From a virus (lineage: Duplodnaviria > Caudoviricetes): 45,192 nucleotides of DNA. The notes under the pieces are model-generated. The model saw nothing but the letters and a program-made list of their open reading frames with translations, was not told the DNA's origin and did not search any database. The stretch covers positions 1-45,192 of IMG/VR virus record IMGVR_UViG_3300048577_000141. One strand, given 5' to 3'. The position numbers and the translations under genes are program-made. Shown here one piece after another: positions 44,961 through 45,192 of the stretch; the first letter of the stretch is position 1, and every line of letters starts with the position of its first letter.

Positions 44961-45192
44961 TTACCCTACCGCCCCTCCGATCCCAAGCATCTTTAAGGCG
45001 TCGCTCTCCACGCGGTGAAGCGCGGCTTGAAGTTTGCCGTCAAGCCCGCCAATGCCGCGATAGGCTTCCTTCCTGTCGCGAATAACGAGGACGACGCACC
45101 GAGTCGTCGTTAACGGGTGAAATATGACCCGCATTTCAGTCCCGGCCTTGATACGAAAAAAGCTCGGATGCCCTTTGATCTTCTCGATCTCA
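44961..45192 (-). CDS. RelE/ParE-family toxin, C-terminal part (same gene as 1-252)
   Basis: ...VVLVIRDRKEAYRGIGGLDGKLQAALHRVESDALKMLGIGGAVG*; TAA at 44963-44961. Confidence 0.8.
   Translation of the reverse strand, partial: EIEKIKGHPSFFRIKAGTEMRVIFHPLTTTRCVVLVIRDRKEAYRGIGGLDGKLQAALHRVESDALKMLGIGGAVG
45066..45192 (+). repeat. Terminal direct repeat, copy 2
   Basis: Identical to 1-127. Confidence 0.95.

Larger units (their letters stand above)
1..45192. mobile_element. Complete temperate siphovirus-like phage genome (HK97-type head, lambdoid organisation), circular
   Basis: Terminase, portal, protease, capsid, tail, lysis, cI/cro, replication and integrase modules are all present; ends overlap by 127 bp. 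Confidence 0.95.

Noticed and set aside
45066-45192. 127-bp terminal repeat as a biological DTR or att duplication
   Set aside because: Length equals a common assembler k-mer, it falls mid-gene, and the packaging module looks cos-type

Overview
Apparently complete, circular temperate phage genome of about 45,065 bp; bases 1-127 recur exactly at 45066-45192, typical of an assembly overlap. High GC and a GcrA homologue suggest an alphaproteobacterial (Rhizobiales-like) host. The minus strand carries a cro-cII-like-gcrA-MTase-replication-NusG early/middle arm, a tRNA-Met(CAT)-like gene, an HK97-type head module, a siphovirus tail module, a collagen-like fibre with a coupled glycosyltransferase, lysis genes and a Phd/RelE-like toxin-antitoxin pair whose toxin spans the contig junction. 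The plus strand carries cI and a HIRAN gene, then a repressor-controlled operon ending in xis-int and a likely attP. The main feature is a complete BPP-1-like diversity-generating retroelement (avd, TR, RT) with two tandem Mtd-like target genes. Their VRs differ from TR only at TR adenines (11 and 15 changes in 120 bp), and each is followed by its own GC hairpin. Unusually, the cassette lies in the early PL-like operon next to xis/int, opposite the tail genes, and both targets appear to lack Mtd's N-terminal domain. All protein family calls come from motif recognition by eye, not database searches.
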